A DNA stretch of 64,000 nucleotides, taken from Burkholderiaceae bacterium. Its GTDB lineage: Bacteria > Pseudomonadota > Gammaproteobacteria > Burkholderiales > Burkholderiaceae_C. Where the stretch lies: contig JACKLI010000001.1 in assembly GCA_024235995.1 (NCBI GenBank), positions 2,884,145 to 2,948,144 on the forward strand, given 5' to 3'. The number at the start of each line of letters is the position of its first letter. Positions within the stretch are counted from its first letter, which is position 1. Below the pieces are notes generated by a model, which was given only the letters and a program-made list of their open reading frames with translations, did not search any database and was not told where the DNA came from. The translations under genes and the position numbers were made by a program. This document shows positions 39,144 through 51,217 of this stretch, piece after piece.

Positions 39144-41153
39144 ATGAAACTGCTTCAACTCCTGCTCGTCGCGCTGGCGCTGCTGCTGGCCGGCTGCGGC
39201 GGCGACGACGGCAACACGGCCGACAACGGCGACCCGACCCAGCGCATCTACGTGCTGGCCGCGGCCAGCGGCAGCGCGGGTGCCGCCGGCGCGGGCCAGG
39301 ACGTCACCGTCACGCTGAGCGGGGTCGAGCCCGAGGTCGACTGGTACAGCGACCGGCCCGAACGGCTCACCGGCGACGCCAGGACGCAGGCCTTCATCGA
39401 CGCCGACTGGCGGCGCGTGTACGGCGACGTCGCGCCCAACGCCCTGCTGCAGTTCCACATGGCCGGCGGCGTGCACGCGCTGTTCGGCAGCGTGCGCGAC
39501 ATGGTCTACGACGGCAGCGCCCGCAGCCTGCGCCTGACCCTGCGCGTGAGCCGGGCGTCGGACGCGCTCGGCGCCCCGGCCGGCGGCTTCACCCGCCCGG
39601 TGCTCACCCTGCTGAACAACCTCGAGCCGCCTGCCGAAGGCTCCAGCTTTGCGCTGGCGGCCACGCGCACTTCGCTGGCCAAGGACAGCAATGGCAACTG
39701 GCGGCTGGAGCTGGAGGGCACCGACCCGAACGTTCTGTGGATGAACAACGCGCCGGCGCGCAGCGCCGACGTCGAGAGCCTGGGCCAGTTCGTCAACCTG
39801 TGGCCCGAGCGCTTCAGCCAGGTGCTGCCCAACGCGTCGGTGGCGGGCGACCCCGGCGACGGCGACTACGACATCATGCCGCTGACCCTGTCCGACCCAC
39901 GCTACGACGCCGCCAGCGGCCGCCTGAGCTTCGCCGCCACGCTGCTGGCCGGCCCCGGCGTGCCGGACGCCGGCACCGTGCTCGGCAACGCCGTGCTGTT
40001 CGTCGACGCCGGCGCCCGCGGCATCCCCTCCGAGGTGTTCGCGCAGACCTGGCGCGGCGTGGCGTACTCGGCCATTCCGGCCAAGTTCCTCGCCCCGCCG
40101 ACGGGCGCCTTCTTTGACTCCGACACCACCGCCGATGCCTTCCAGGCCCTGTGGGGCAGCAAGAACGGCTGCGGGCGCAACGACCTGGAAGCGATGGCCG
40201 CGCAAGGCATCAACCTGGTGCGGTTGTACGACTACAACTACCAGCGCGGCTCCAAGGATTGGGAAACGGGGGGCAACGGCCACATCGCCTTCCTGGACAA
40301 GGCACAGGCGCTCGGCATCAAGGTCATCATCCCGGTGTCCAACTACAACTTCAAGAACCAGGATGGGCCGAAGAACCGCCCCTGGGACAAGATCGAGAAC
40401 ACCGTCACCCAGATCGTGGCCAGCGTCAAGAAGAACGGCGCCATCCACCCGGCCGTGCACTCCTTCAGCATCGGCAACGAACTGGACCTGAACCAGGACG
40501 GCGAGACCTGGGCCACCCTGATTCCCAAGGCCGTGCGGGTGGCCAACCTGCTCCACAAGCTGGCCCCCGACCACTACATGACGGTGCCGATCAGCAACGG
40601 CGACGAGAAGAAGTTCTACAACCTCCTGCGCGAGCAGCTGCCGGCCGAGTTGTACCAGAACCGCTTCTACAACTCGGTGCAGACCTTCAAGCTCAAGAAC
40701 GGGGACGACCTGAAGAACAACATCCTGCAGGCCTACGACGACCTGAAGCTGGGCGTGCCGCTGGTGATCACCGAGCTGGGCACCAACAGCCTGGCCATCG
40801 GCTCGGTGGACGCCAAGGTGGATGCCGTGGTCGGCCAGGCCAGCGCCGTGCGCGAGTACATGGACGCCAACCCGCAGTCGCTGGTCAAGGGCTTCGCCAT
40901 CTTCGAATGGCAAAACGCCAACTGGAAGCGCGACAACAAGCCCGACAACACCGAGAGCACCTTCGGCATCCACGCCTACGACGGCACGCTGTGCCAGTCC
41001 AAGACCGGTGAGTTCGGCATGTGGAACGCCAAGGAGAACTACTGGGCCTCCTTCCACGGCGACGAAACCTACGACGTCGACAAGCTGGCCCCGCTGACCA
41101 GCACGGCCCACCCCGAGGGGCTGCTGGCGGCGCTGTCGAAGTACTTCAAGTAA
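39144..41153 (+). CDS. Lipoprotein with a tandem N-terminal repeat domain and a C-terminal clan GH-A (GH17-like) glycosidase domain
   Basis: Lipobox LLLAGCGG. Two ~125-aa repeats share the pattern L.G..P.V.W...P.R...F...W....PNA...YD...L.F. The C-terminal motifs run in the order RLYDYN, IIPVSNY, SIGNELD, LVITELG, FAIFEWQNANWK, ESTFGIH. GAGGAG lies upstream of the ATG. Confidence 0.6.
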   Translation: MKLLQLLLVALALLLAGCGGDDGNTADNGDPTQRIYVLAAASGSAGAAGAGQDVTVTLSGVEPEVDWYSDRPERLTGDARTQAFIDADWRRVYGDVAPNALLQFHMAGGVHALFGSVRDMVYDGSARSLRLTLRVSRASDALGAPAGGFTRPVLTLLNNLEPPAEGSSFALAATRTSLAKDSNGNWRLELEGTDPNVLWMNNAPARSADVESLGQFVNLWPERFSQVLPNASVAGDPGDGDYDIMPLTLSDPRYDAASGRLSFAATLLAGPGVPDAGTVLGNAVLFVDAGARGIPSEVFAQTWRGVAYSAIPAKFLAPPTGAFFDSDTTADAFQALWGSKNGCGRNDLEAMAAQGINLVRLYDYNYQRGSKDWETGGNGHIAFLDKAQALGIKVIIPVSNYNFKNQDGPKNRPWDKIENTVTQIVASVKKNGAIHPAVHSFSIGNELDLNQDGETWATLIPKAVRVANLLHKLAPDHYMTVPISNGDEKKFYNLLREQLPAELYQNRFYNSVQTFKLKNGDDLKNNILQAYDDLKLGVPLVITELGTNSLAIGSVDAKVDAVVGQASAVREYMDANPQSLVKGFAIFEWQNANWKRDNKPDNTESTFGIHAYDGTLCQSKTGEFGMWNAKENYWASFHGDETYDVDKLAPLTSTAHPEGLLAALSKYFK

Positions 41154-41169
41154 AAGCCCTTCGAGCCGC

Positions 41170-41200
41170 AAAAAAACAGCCGCCCGAGGGCGGCTGTTTG
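41170..41200. terminator. Bidirectional rho-independent terminator between the lipoprotein gene and rplI
   Basis: aaaaaaa-CAGCCGCCC-ga-GGGCGGCTG-tttg. An A-tract on one side and a T-tract on the other serve both convergent genes. Confidence 0.7.
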
Positions 41201-41223
41201 CTTCGCTTGGGTCGCTCGCCCGG

Positions 41224-41676
41224 TCAGGCAGTCTCGCCGTAGACCGAGACGGTGATCTCGGCGTCCACGTCGGTGTGCAGGGACACGGCCACCGTGGTGT
41301 CGCCGATGGTCTTGATCGGGCCGTTGGGCAGGCGGATTTGCGCCTTGTGCACGTCGAAGCCCTGCTTCTTCAGCTCGTCGGCGATGTCGTGGTTGGTGAC
41401 CGAGCCGAACAGGCGGCCGTCGACGCCGGCCTTCTGCGTCAGCTTGATGGTCTGCTCGTGCAGCTTGGCGCCCAGCGCCTGGGCGGCGGCCAGCTTCTCG
41501 GCGGCGTGCTTTTCCAGCTCGGCGCGGCGGGCCTCGAACTCGGCCTTGGCGGCAGCGGTGGCGCGGCGCGCCTGGCCGGTGGGGATCAGGAAGTTGCGGG
41601 CGTAACCGTCCTTGACCTTGACCACGTCACCCAGGATGCCCAGGTTGACGACCTTGTCCAGAAGAATGACTTGCAT
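41224..41676 (-). CDS. rplI: 50S ribosomal protein L9
   Basis: [32 protein letters not shown] is the canonical L9 N-terminus. Confidence 0.97.
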   Translation of the reverse strand: MQVILLDKVVNLGILGDVVKVKDGYARNFLIPTGQARRATAAAKAEFEARRAELEKHAAEKLAAAQALGAKLHEQTIKLTQKAGVDGRLFGSVTNHDIADELKKQGFDVHKAQIRLPNGPIKTIGDTTVAVSLHTDVDAEITVSVYGETA

Positions 41677-41691
41677 GAATGGGCTCCTTGC

Positions 41692-41973
41692 TCAGACGCG
41701 GTGCTGGTCGGTGTAGGGCACCAGGGCCAGGAAGCGCGCGCGCTTGATGGCGGTGTTGAGCTGGCGCTGGTAGATGGCGCGCGTGCCGGTCAGGCGGGCG
41801 GGCACGATCTTGCCGTTCTCGCCGATGAAGTCGCGCAGGGTGTCGACGTCCTTGTAGTCGATCTCTTCGACGCCGGCGACGGTGAAGCGGCAGTAGCGCT
41901 TGCGCTTGAACAGCAGCGACTGGGTGTTGCGCTTGGGACGCTTGTCCTTGTTGAATTTCTTGAACGTGGCCAT
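41692..41973 (-). CDS. rpsR: 30S ribosomal protein S18
   Basis: [41 protein letters not shown] is the S18 signature. Confidence 0.97.
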   Translation of the reverse strand: MATFKKFNKDKRPKRNTQSLLFKRKRYCRFTVAGVEEIDYKDVDTLRDFIGENGKIVPARLTGTRAIYQRQLNTAIKRARFLALVPYTDQHRV

Positions 41974-42294
41974 TTAAGAGGCTCCTTGAATCGAATCTTG
42001 CTGAAAATCCTGAACGTGAAGCACAACGTGCTTGCCGTGGCGGGGGCTGGCCAGAAAGCCGCTGAAGACCCAGTGCGAGCCGATGGGCTGGCGGGCCAGC
42101 CGCTCGGCCACCGTGCCCAGGGCAACGGCCTTGAGCTGCGCCTTCACCTGCCGCATCTGGCCGCCCTCTTCAATGCCGGACTCGTGCTCGAGCCGCATGT
42201 CCAGGGCCGGCAGGCCGGCAGGCGTGTGGCGCAGGGCGCCGGCTTCGGCGAGGGTGGCGCTCAGACGCAGCTGATTGGCCACCGACGCATCCAC
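41974..42294 (-). CDS. priB: Primosomal replication protein N (PriB)
   Basis: 106-aa SSB-fold-like protein between rpsF and rpsR. It carries NQLRLSATLAE...LRHTPAGLPALDMRLEH. The start codon is uncertain. Confidence 0.82.
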   Translation of the reverse strand: MDASVANQLRLSATLAEAGALRHTPAGLPALDMRLEHESGIEEGGQMRQVKAQLKAVALGTVAERLARQPIGSHWVFSGFLASPRHGKHVVLHVQDFQQDSIQGAS

Positions 42295-42310
42295 CCGCCC
42301 CCACGGGCAA

Positions 42311-42676
42311 TCAGTTGGCGGCCTCCGCCTGCTGGGCCTTGCGCGCTTCCTCGCGCTCGACGCTCTTCATCATCGACGAGGGCGCCGTGTCGGCCTTCTT
42401 GCGCTGCACGGTCAGGTGGCGCAGCACCGCGTCGTTGAAGCGGAAGGCGTGCTCGAGCTCGCCCATCACGGCCTGGTCGGCCTCGATGTTGACGCACAGG
42501 TAGTGCGCCTTGCTCAGCTTGTTGATCTGGTAGGCCAGCTGGCGGCGGCCCCAGTCCTCGACGCGGTGGATCTTGCCGCCGCCGCTGGTGACCATGCCCT
42601 TGTAGCGCTCCAGCATGGCAGGCACCTGCTCGCTCTGATCCGGGTGGATCAGCAAAATGATCTCGTAGTGACGCAT
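42311..42676 (-). CDS. rpsF: 30S ribosomal protein S6
   Basis: [25 protein letters not shown]...[14 protein letters not shown] is the S6 signature. Confidence 0.97.
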   Translation of the reverse strand: MRHYEIILLIHPDQSEQVPAMLERYKGMVTSGGGKIHRVEDWGRRQLAYQINKLSKAHYLCVNIEADQAVMGELEHAFRFNDAVLRHLTVQRKKADTAPSSMMKSVEREEARKAQQAEAAN

Positions 42677-42794
42677 TCACACTCCTTGTGGATGGCGGGC
42701 CCGATGACCGGGCCCAAAGGGAAAGCCGCCCCCGGCGTCGAGCGGGGTGCGGCAAGGAAACCAATGATTATAGCAGCGCGCTGGCCCGCAGCGG

Positions 42795-43586
42795 CTACTT
42801 CAGTTTGCTGAGGCGGTCGCGCCCGGCCTGCGCGGCCTCGGACTGCGGATAGGTCTTGATCAGCGCATTGAGCGTGGCGCGGGCGCCGGCGGTGTCCTTC
42901 AGCTCGATCTGGCAGTTGGCGATCGACAGCATGGCCTCGGGCGCCTTGGCGTGCCTGGGCGCGGCCGCCAGCAGCGCGCGGAAGGTGGCGATGGCCTCCT
43001 TGTAGTTGCGCGTGGCGTACTGCGCGTTGCCCTGCCAGAACTGCGCCGACGGCACCAGGGCGCTGCCCGGGTAGCGCTTGATGAAGCTGGCAAAGCCGGT
43101 TTGCGCGCCGGCCCAGTCGCCCTTGCGGAACACCGCCAGCGCGGCGTCGTAGTCCTGCTTTTCGGCCCCGTTGTCGGCCGCCGCGCCGGCGGCGCTGGCG
43201 CCAGCCTCGGGGCTGGCGGCGGGCTGCGCCTGCTCCAGCTTGGCCAGGCGCTGCTCCACGCTTTCCTGCGTGCTGGCCTGGCGCTTTTGCAGCTCGGAGA
43301 TGTCGCGCGTGAACTGCTCTTCCTGCCCGCGCAGGCGCGCCAGATCGCCCCGCAGCGACTCGATCTGCTGCTGCAGATCGAGCATGCTGCGGCGCATCTG
43401 GGTGTTCTCGTCAACCAGCCGGTTCTGGGCCGTCACGGCCTGGTCGAAGCGCTGGCGCAGGTCCAGGATGGCCTGGCGCGCCTGGTCGTCGCCAAACAGC
43501 TGCGCCTGCGCCGGCACGGCGGCCAGGCCGGCCCAGGCCAGCGCGAGCGCCCCGATGAGATGCCTGAAAGCGCCGCTCATGGTCAT
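42795..43586 (-). CDS. cpoB: Tol-Pal system protein YbgF/CpoB
   Basis: It has a signal peptide, a coiled-coil N-terminal half and C-terminal TPR repeats (YDAALAVFRKGDWAGA..., FWQGNAQYATRNYKEA). It follows pal. Confidence 0.85.
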   Translation of the reverse strand: MTMSGAFRHLIGALALAWAGLAAVPAQAQLFGDDQARQAILDLRQRFDQAVTAQNRLVDENTQMRRSMLDLQQQIESLRGDLARLRGQEEQFTRDISELQKRQASTQESVEQRLAKLEQAQPAASPEAGASAAGAAADNGAEKQDYDAALAVFRKGDWAGAQTGFASFIKRYPGSALVPSAQFWQGNAQYATRNYKEAIATFRALLAAAPRHAKAPEAMLSIANCQIELKDTAGARATLNALIKTYPQSEAAQAGRDRLSKLK

Positions 43587-44122
43587 TGGTAGCGGAACTC
43601 GACGCGGCGGTTCTGCGCGTAGGCGTCTTCGGTGTTGCCTTCGACGGCCGGCTTTTCCTTGCCGAAGCTGACCGCCTCGATCTGGCCGTCACTGGCGCCC
43701 ACCAGGGTCATCGCGCGGCGCACGGCCTCGGCGCGCTTCTGGCCCAGGGCCAGGTTGTATTCGCGGCTGCCGCGCTGGTCGGTGTTGCCCTCCAGCACCA
43801 GGCGGGCGTTGGGGTGCGCGCGCAAGAAGCGCGCATGCTGGTCGACCACCGACTGGAACTCGGGCTTGACCACGTAGCTGTCGTAGTCAAAGTAGATCAC
43901 CTTGGCCACGCCCACCGGGCCGGCCTTGTCCGCCGCCGACGCGCCGGCCTGCACCTGGGTGACCGAGCTCTGGCCGGTGCCCTGCCCCTGGGCGCCGCCC
44001 GCGCCGGCGCCCGCCGCGGTGGACGAGCCTTCGGCCGGCTGGTCCAGCTTGACGTCGGAGCCGCAACCGGCCAGCACCAGGGCCGTGGCCATGGCGATCA
44101 GCATGAACAATCGTTTGAACAT
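43583..44122 (-). CDS. pal: Peptidoglycan-associated lipoprotein Pal
   Basis: Lipobox LVLAGCGS and OmpA-like C-terminus VIYFDYDSYVVKPEF...EGNTDQRGSREYNLALGQKRAEAV. Confidence 0.93.
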   Translation of the reverse strand: MFKRLFMLIAMATALVLAGCGSDVKLDQPAEGSSTAAGAGAGGAQGQGTGQSSVTQVQAGASAADKAGPVGVAKVIYFDYDSYVVKPEFQSVVDQHARFLRAHPNARLVLEGNTDQRGSREYNLALGQKRAEAVRRAMTLVGASDGQIEAVSFGKEKPAVEGNTEDAYAQNRRVEFRYQ

Positions 44123-44162
44123 CAAATTTCTCCTGCAAGGGTGTGTCAAAAAATGGGATGGG

Positions 44163-45464
44163 CTAGCGTGTGAACGGGCCCCAGGTGGGCTCGCGCAGAT
44201 CGCCGCCCTGGCCGGCCAGGCGCGCCTTGATCTTGCCGTCCACCGTGGTGGTCATCAGCGCCTCGCGCCCGCCCTGGCGCGTGGCGTAGACGATCAGCTT
44301 GCTGTTGGGCGCGAAGCTGGGGCTTTCGTCGTCGCCGGTGTCGGTGATGGCGGTGGACGTGCCGCTGGCCAGGTCCATCACGTTCAGCTTGAAGGCGCCG
44401 CCGGTGCGTGCGATGTAGGCCATCCAGCGCCCGTCGGGGCTGATGTTGGGCGAGACGTTGTAGTTGCCGCCGAAGGTCACGCGCTGGGCCGCACCGCCGC
44501 CGGCGGGCATGCGGTAGATCTGCGGCGCGCCGCCGCGGTCGCTGACGAAGTACAGGGTCTTGCCGTCGGGCGAGAACGCGGGCTCGGTGTCGATGCTTTG
44601 CGAGGACGTCAGGCGCCGCGGCTCACCGCCGCCGGCGCCGATCTGGAACAGCTGTGAGCCGCCGTCGCGCGACAGCGTGACCACCAGCGAGCGCCCGTCC
44701 GGCGCCCAGGCGGGGGCGCTGTTGGAGCCCTTGAAGTTGGCCAGCAGGCGCCGCCGGCCGGTGGCCACGTCGTGCACGTAGATGACCGGCTTGCGCGCCT
44801 CGAACGACACGTAGGCCAGCTGGCGCCCGTCGGGCGACCAGGCCGGCGAGATGATGGATTCGGGGCTGGACAGCGCGGGCTGCGCGTTTTCGCCGTCGGC
44901 GTCGGCCACCCACAGGGTGTAGCGCTTACCGTTTTGCGTGACGTAGGCGATGCGGGTGGAAAACACGCCCTTCTCGCCTGTCAGCTTCTCGTAGATGTAG
45001 TCGGCGCTCTTGTGCGCGGCCAGGCGCAAATCGGCCTGTGGCACCACGTAGCCCTGCCCGCCCAGGTCGGCGTCGCGCACCACGTCCCACAGGCGAAAGC
45101 GCACGTCCCAGCGGCCATCGGGCAGGCGCGTCACGCTGCCGCCCGCCAGCGCGTCGGCGCTGCGCTGGCGCCAGCTCGCCATGTCGGGGCGGGTGGTTTC
45201 GTCCATGCTCGCGCCGGCGGCGTCCACGCCGCGGAACTGGCCGCTGCGCTCCAGGTCGGCGCGCACGATGGCGCTGATGGCCTGGGGCGAGCCGGCTTCA
45301 CCGCGAAACGGCACCAGCGCGATGGGCATCTGCGTCAGGCCGACGCCCGAGACCTCGACCCGGAACTGGGCCAGTGCCGGCAGGGCCGGTACCGCGAGCA
45401 AGGTTGCCAACAGACGGCGCCGGCAGCCGTCCGGCGCCGGGCTGAAAAAGTGTGTGAGGTTCAT
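44163..45464 (-). CDS. tolB: Tol-Pal system beta-propeller protein TolB
   Basis: A signal peptide is followed by repeated SP.WSPDG.. propeller blades (PAWSPDGRQLAYVS, PAWAPDGRSLVVT, PAFSPDGKTLYFVS, PNISPDGRWMAYI). Confidence 0.93.
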   Translation of the reverse strand: MNLTHFFSPAPDGCRRRLLATLLAVPALPALAQFRVEVSGVGLTQMPIALVPFRGEAGSPQAISAIVRADLERSGQFRGVDAAGASMDETTRPDMASWRQRSADALAGGSVTRLPDGRWDVRFRLWDVVRDADLGGQGYVVPQADLRLAAHKSADYIYEKLTGEKGVFSTRIAYVTQNGKRYTLWVADADGENAQPALSSPESIISPAWSPDGRQLAYVSFEARKPVIYVHDVATGRRRLLANFKGSNSAPAWAPDGRSLVVTLSRDGGSQLFQIGAGGGEPRRLTSSQSIDTEPAFSPDGKTLYFVSDRGGAPQIYRMPAGGGAAQRVTFGGNYNVSPNISPDGRWMAYIARTGGAFKLNVMDLASGTSTAITDTGDDESPSFAPNSKLIVYATRQGGREALMTTTVDGKIKARLAGQGGDLREPTWGPFTR

Positions 45465-45660
45465 CAACGAGAGAGAGTGGCGGCCCGCGGCAGGCCGTGC
45501 ATGGGTCCGCATGTTACACATCCGACAGGGCCGAACGTCACAAACTGTAGCGCAGACCCAAATGACCATGAGAGGGCGCGCACCGCCAATGGTTCCGGCT
45601 TCGAGCCATCCGCATCGGTCCCACCGCCTAGAATCCGCGCTGCCCCCTGCCTGCCTTCGC

Positions 45661-48868
<3,208 letters not shown>

Positions 48869-48872
48869 TGCC

Positions 48873-49916
48873 ATGACCGAGCAACAAAAAGACTCCACCG
48901 GCAGCGTCCCCATGACCATGATCCAGGCCCTGCGCTCGGCCATGGACGTGATGATGGCGCGCGACGACAACGTCATCGTCTACGGGCAGGACGTGGGCTA
49001 CTTCGGCGGCGTGTTCCGCGTCACCGAGGGCCTGCAGGCCAAGTACGGCAAGACGCGCTGCTTCGACGCGCCGATCAACGAAAGCGGCATCGTCGGCACC
49101 GCCATCGGCATGGCCGCCTACGGCTTGCGGCCGGTGGTCGAGATCCAGTTCGCCGACTACTTCTACCCCGCCACCGACCAGATCGTGTCCGAGGCGGCGC
49201 GCCTGCGCCACCGCTCGGCGGGCGACTTCACCGCCCCCATGACCATCCGCATGCCCTGCGGCGGCGGCATCTACGGCGGGCAGACGCACAGCCAGAGCCC
49301 CGAGGCCTTCTTCACCCACGTGTGCGGCCTGCGCACCGTGATGCCCAGCAACCCGGTCGATGCCAAGGGCCTCTTGATCGCCTCCATCGAGTGCGACGAC
49401 CCCGTCATCTTTTTGGAGCCCAAGCGCCTGTACAACGGCCCCTTCGACGGCCACCACGACCGCCCCGTCGTGCCCTGGTCCCGGCACGAGCTGGGCAAGG
49501 TGCCCGAGGGCTACTTCCGCGTGCCGCTGGACAAGGCCGCGGTGTTCCGCCCCGGCAAGGCGGTGACGGTGCTGACCTACGGCACCATGGTGTGGGTCAG
49601 TGAGGCAGCCGCGCGCGAAGCCGGCATCGACGCCGAGATCATCGACCTGCGCAGCCTGTGGCCGCTGGACCTGGACACCATCGTCGAGTCGGTCAAGAAG
49701 ACCGGCCGCTGCGTGGTGGTGCACGAGGCCACGCGCACCAGCGGCTTCGGCGCCGAGCTGGCCGCTCTGGTGCAGGAGCACTGCTTCTACCACCTGGAAG
49801 CCCCCATCGAGCGCGTGACGGGCTGGGACACGCCCTACCCGCACGCCCAGGAATGGGCTTACTTCCCCGGGCCGGCGCGCGTTGCCGAAGCCCTCAAGCG
49901 TGCAGTGGAGGCATGA
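48873..49916 (+). CDS. bkdA2: Branched-chain 2-oxoacid dehydrogenase E1 beta subunit
   Basis: Transketolase-like pyrimidine-binding pattern FGGVFRVTEGLQAKYG..RCFDAPINESGIVG. Confidence 0.92.
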   Translation: MTEQQKDSTGSVPMTMIQALRSAMDVMMARDDNVIVYGQDVGYFGGVFRVTEGLQAKYGKTRCFDAPINESGIVGTAIGMAAYGLRPVVEIQFADYFYPATDQIVSEAARLRHRSAGDFTAPMTIRMPCGGGIYGGQTHSQSPEAFFTHVCGLRTVMPSNPVDAKGLLIASIECDDPVIFLEPKRLYNGPFDGHHDRPVVPWSRHELGKVPEGYFRVPLDKAAVFRPGKAVTVLTYGTMVWVSEAAAREAGIDAEIIDLRSLWPLDLDTIVESVKKTGRCVVVHEATRTSGFGAELAALVQEHCFYHLEAPIERVTGWDTPYPHAQEWAYFPGPARVAEALKRAVEA

Positions 49917-49920
49917 CATC

Positions 49921-51213
49921 ATGGGTATCTATGTGATCCGCGTGCCCGACATTGGCGAGGGCATTGCCGAAGTGGAACTGGTGGCCTGGCACGTGCAGCC
50001 GGGCGACGCCGTGGTGGAGGACCAGCACCTGGCCGACGTGATGACCGACAAGGCCACCGTCGAGGTGCCCTCGCCCATGCACGGCAAGGTGCTGGCGCTG
50101 GGCGGCAGCCCGGGCCAGGTGATGGCCGTGGGCGCCGAGCTGGTGCGCCTGGAGGTGGAAGGCGCGGGCAACCTGAAGGATGAAGAGAAAAAACAGGCTC
50201 CAGCCGGCATATCACCTGCGCCAGCAGCTCCTGTAACAATAGCAACGGCAGTACCCGCGGCGCCGGCCCCCGCGCCCACGCCGCCCGCCCCCGCGCGCAG
50301 CCCGGCCACACCGCCACCCACCCGCGTGGCCCGCGCCGAAGGCGAGCGCCCGCTGGCCGCGCCCTCGGTGCGCCGGCGCGCGCTGGACATGGGCGTCGAC
50401 CTGCGCCGCGTGCACGGCAGCGGCCCGGCCGGCCGCATCGAGCATGCCGACCTGGACGCCTTTGCCGCTGGCGGCGGCCAGCCTGCCACGGCGGGCTCGC
50501 CCTACGTCGAGCGCCACGGCGAGGAGCCGGTGCCCGTCATCGGCCTGCGCCGCAAGATCGCGCAGAAGATGCAGGAGGCCAAGCGCCGCATCCCCCACTT
50601 CAGCTACGTCGAGGAGGTGGACGTGACCGAGCTGGAGGCCCTGCGCGCCCAGCTCAACGCCCGGCACGGCGCGCAGCGCGGCAAGCTCACGCTGCTGCCG
50701 CTGCTGGTGCGCGCCCTGGTGCTGGCCCTGCGCGACTTCCCGCAGATCAACGCCCGCTACGACGACGAGGCCGGCGTGGTCACGCGCTTTGCGCCGGTGC
50801 ACCTGGGCGTGGCCACGCAGACCGACGGCGGCCTGATGGTGCCCGTGCTGCGCCACGCCGAGGCGCTGGATCTGTGGGCCTGCGCCGCCGGCATCGCCCG
50901 CGTGGCCGAAGGCGCCAAGAGCGGCAAGCTGGGGCGCGACGCGCTGGCCGGCTCCACCATCACCCTCACCAGCCTGGGGGCGCTGGGCGGCATCGTCAGC
51001 ACGCCCGTCATCAACCACCCCGAGGTGGCCATCGTCGGCGTCAACCGCATCGTCGAGCGGCCCATGCTACGCGGTGGCCAGGTGGTGGAGCGGCAGTTGA
51101 TGAACCTGTCCTCGTCGTTCGATCACCGCGTGGTCGACGGCATGGACGCCGCGCGCTTCATCCAGGCCGTGCGCGCGCTGCTGGAAACCCCCGCCCTGCT
51201 GTTCGTGGAGTAA
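49921..51213 (+). CDS. bkdB: Dihydrolipoamide branched-chain transacylase E2
   Basis: Lipoyl domain [16 protein letters not shown], an Ala/Pro linker, a subunit-binding domain [14 protein letters not shown] and catalytic SFDHRVVDG. Confidence 0.93.
   Translation: MGIYVIRVPDIGEGIAEVELVAWHVQPGDAVVEDQHLADVMTDKATVEVPSPMHGKVLALGGSPGQVMAVGAELVRLEVEGAGNLKDEEKKQAPAGISPAPAAPVTIATAVPAAPAPAPTPPAPARSPATPPPTRVARAEGERPLAAPSVRRRALDMGVDLRRVHGSGPAGRIEHADLDAFAAGGGQPATAGSPYVERHGEEPVPVIGLRRKIAQKMQEAKRRIPHFSYVEEVDVTELEALRAQLNARHGAQRGKLTLLPLLVRALVLALRDFPQINARYDDEAGVVTRFAPVHLGVATQTDGGLMVPVLRHAEALDLWACAAGIARVAEGAKSGKLGRDALAGSTITLTSLGALGGIVSTPVINHPEVAIVGVNRIVERPMLRGGQVVERQLMNLSSSFDHRVVDGMDAARFIQAVRALLETPALLFVE
50184..50247. 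repeat. REP-like dispersed repeat, copy H, inside the bkdB lipoyl-domain linker
   Basis: The AT-rich patch agagaaaaaacaggctccagccggcatatcacctgcgccagcAGCTcctgtaacaatagc is colinear with the reverse complement of the miaA copy. Shared blocks are gaaaaaa.aggc and gcgcc.gcagctc.tgt. Confidence 0.45.
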
Positions 51214-51217
51214 CGCA

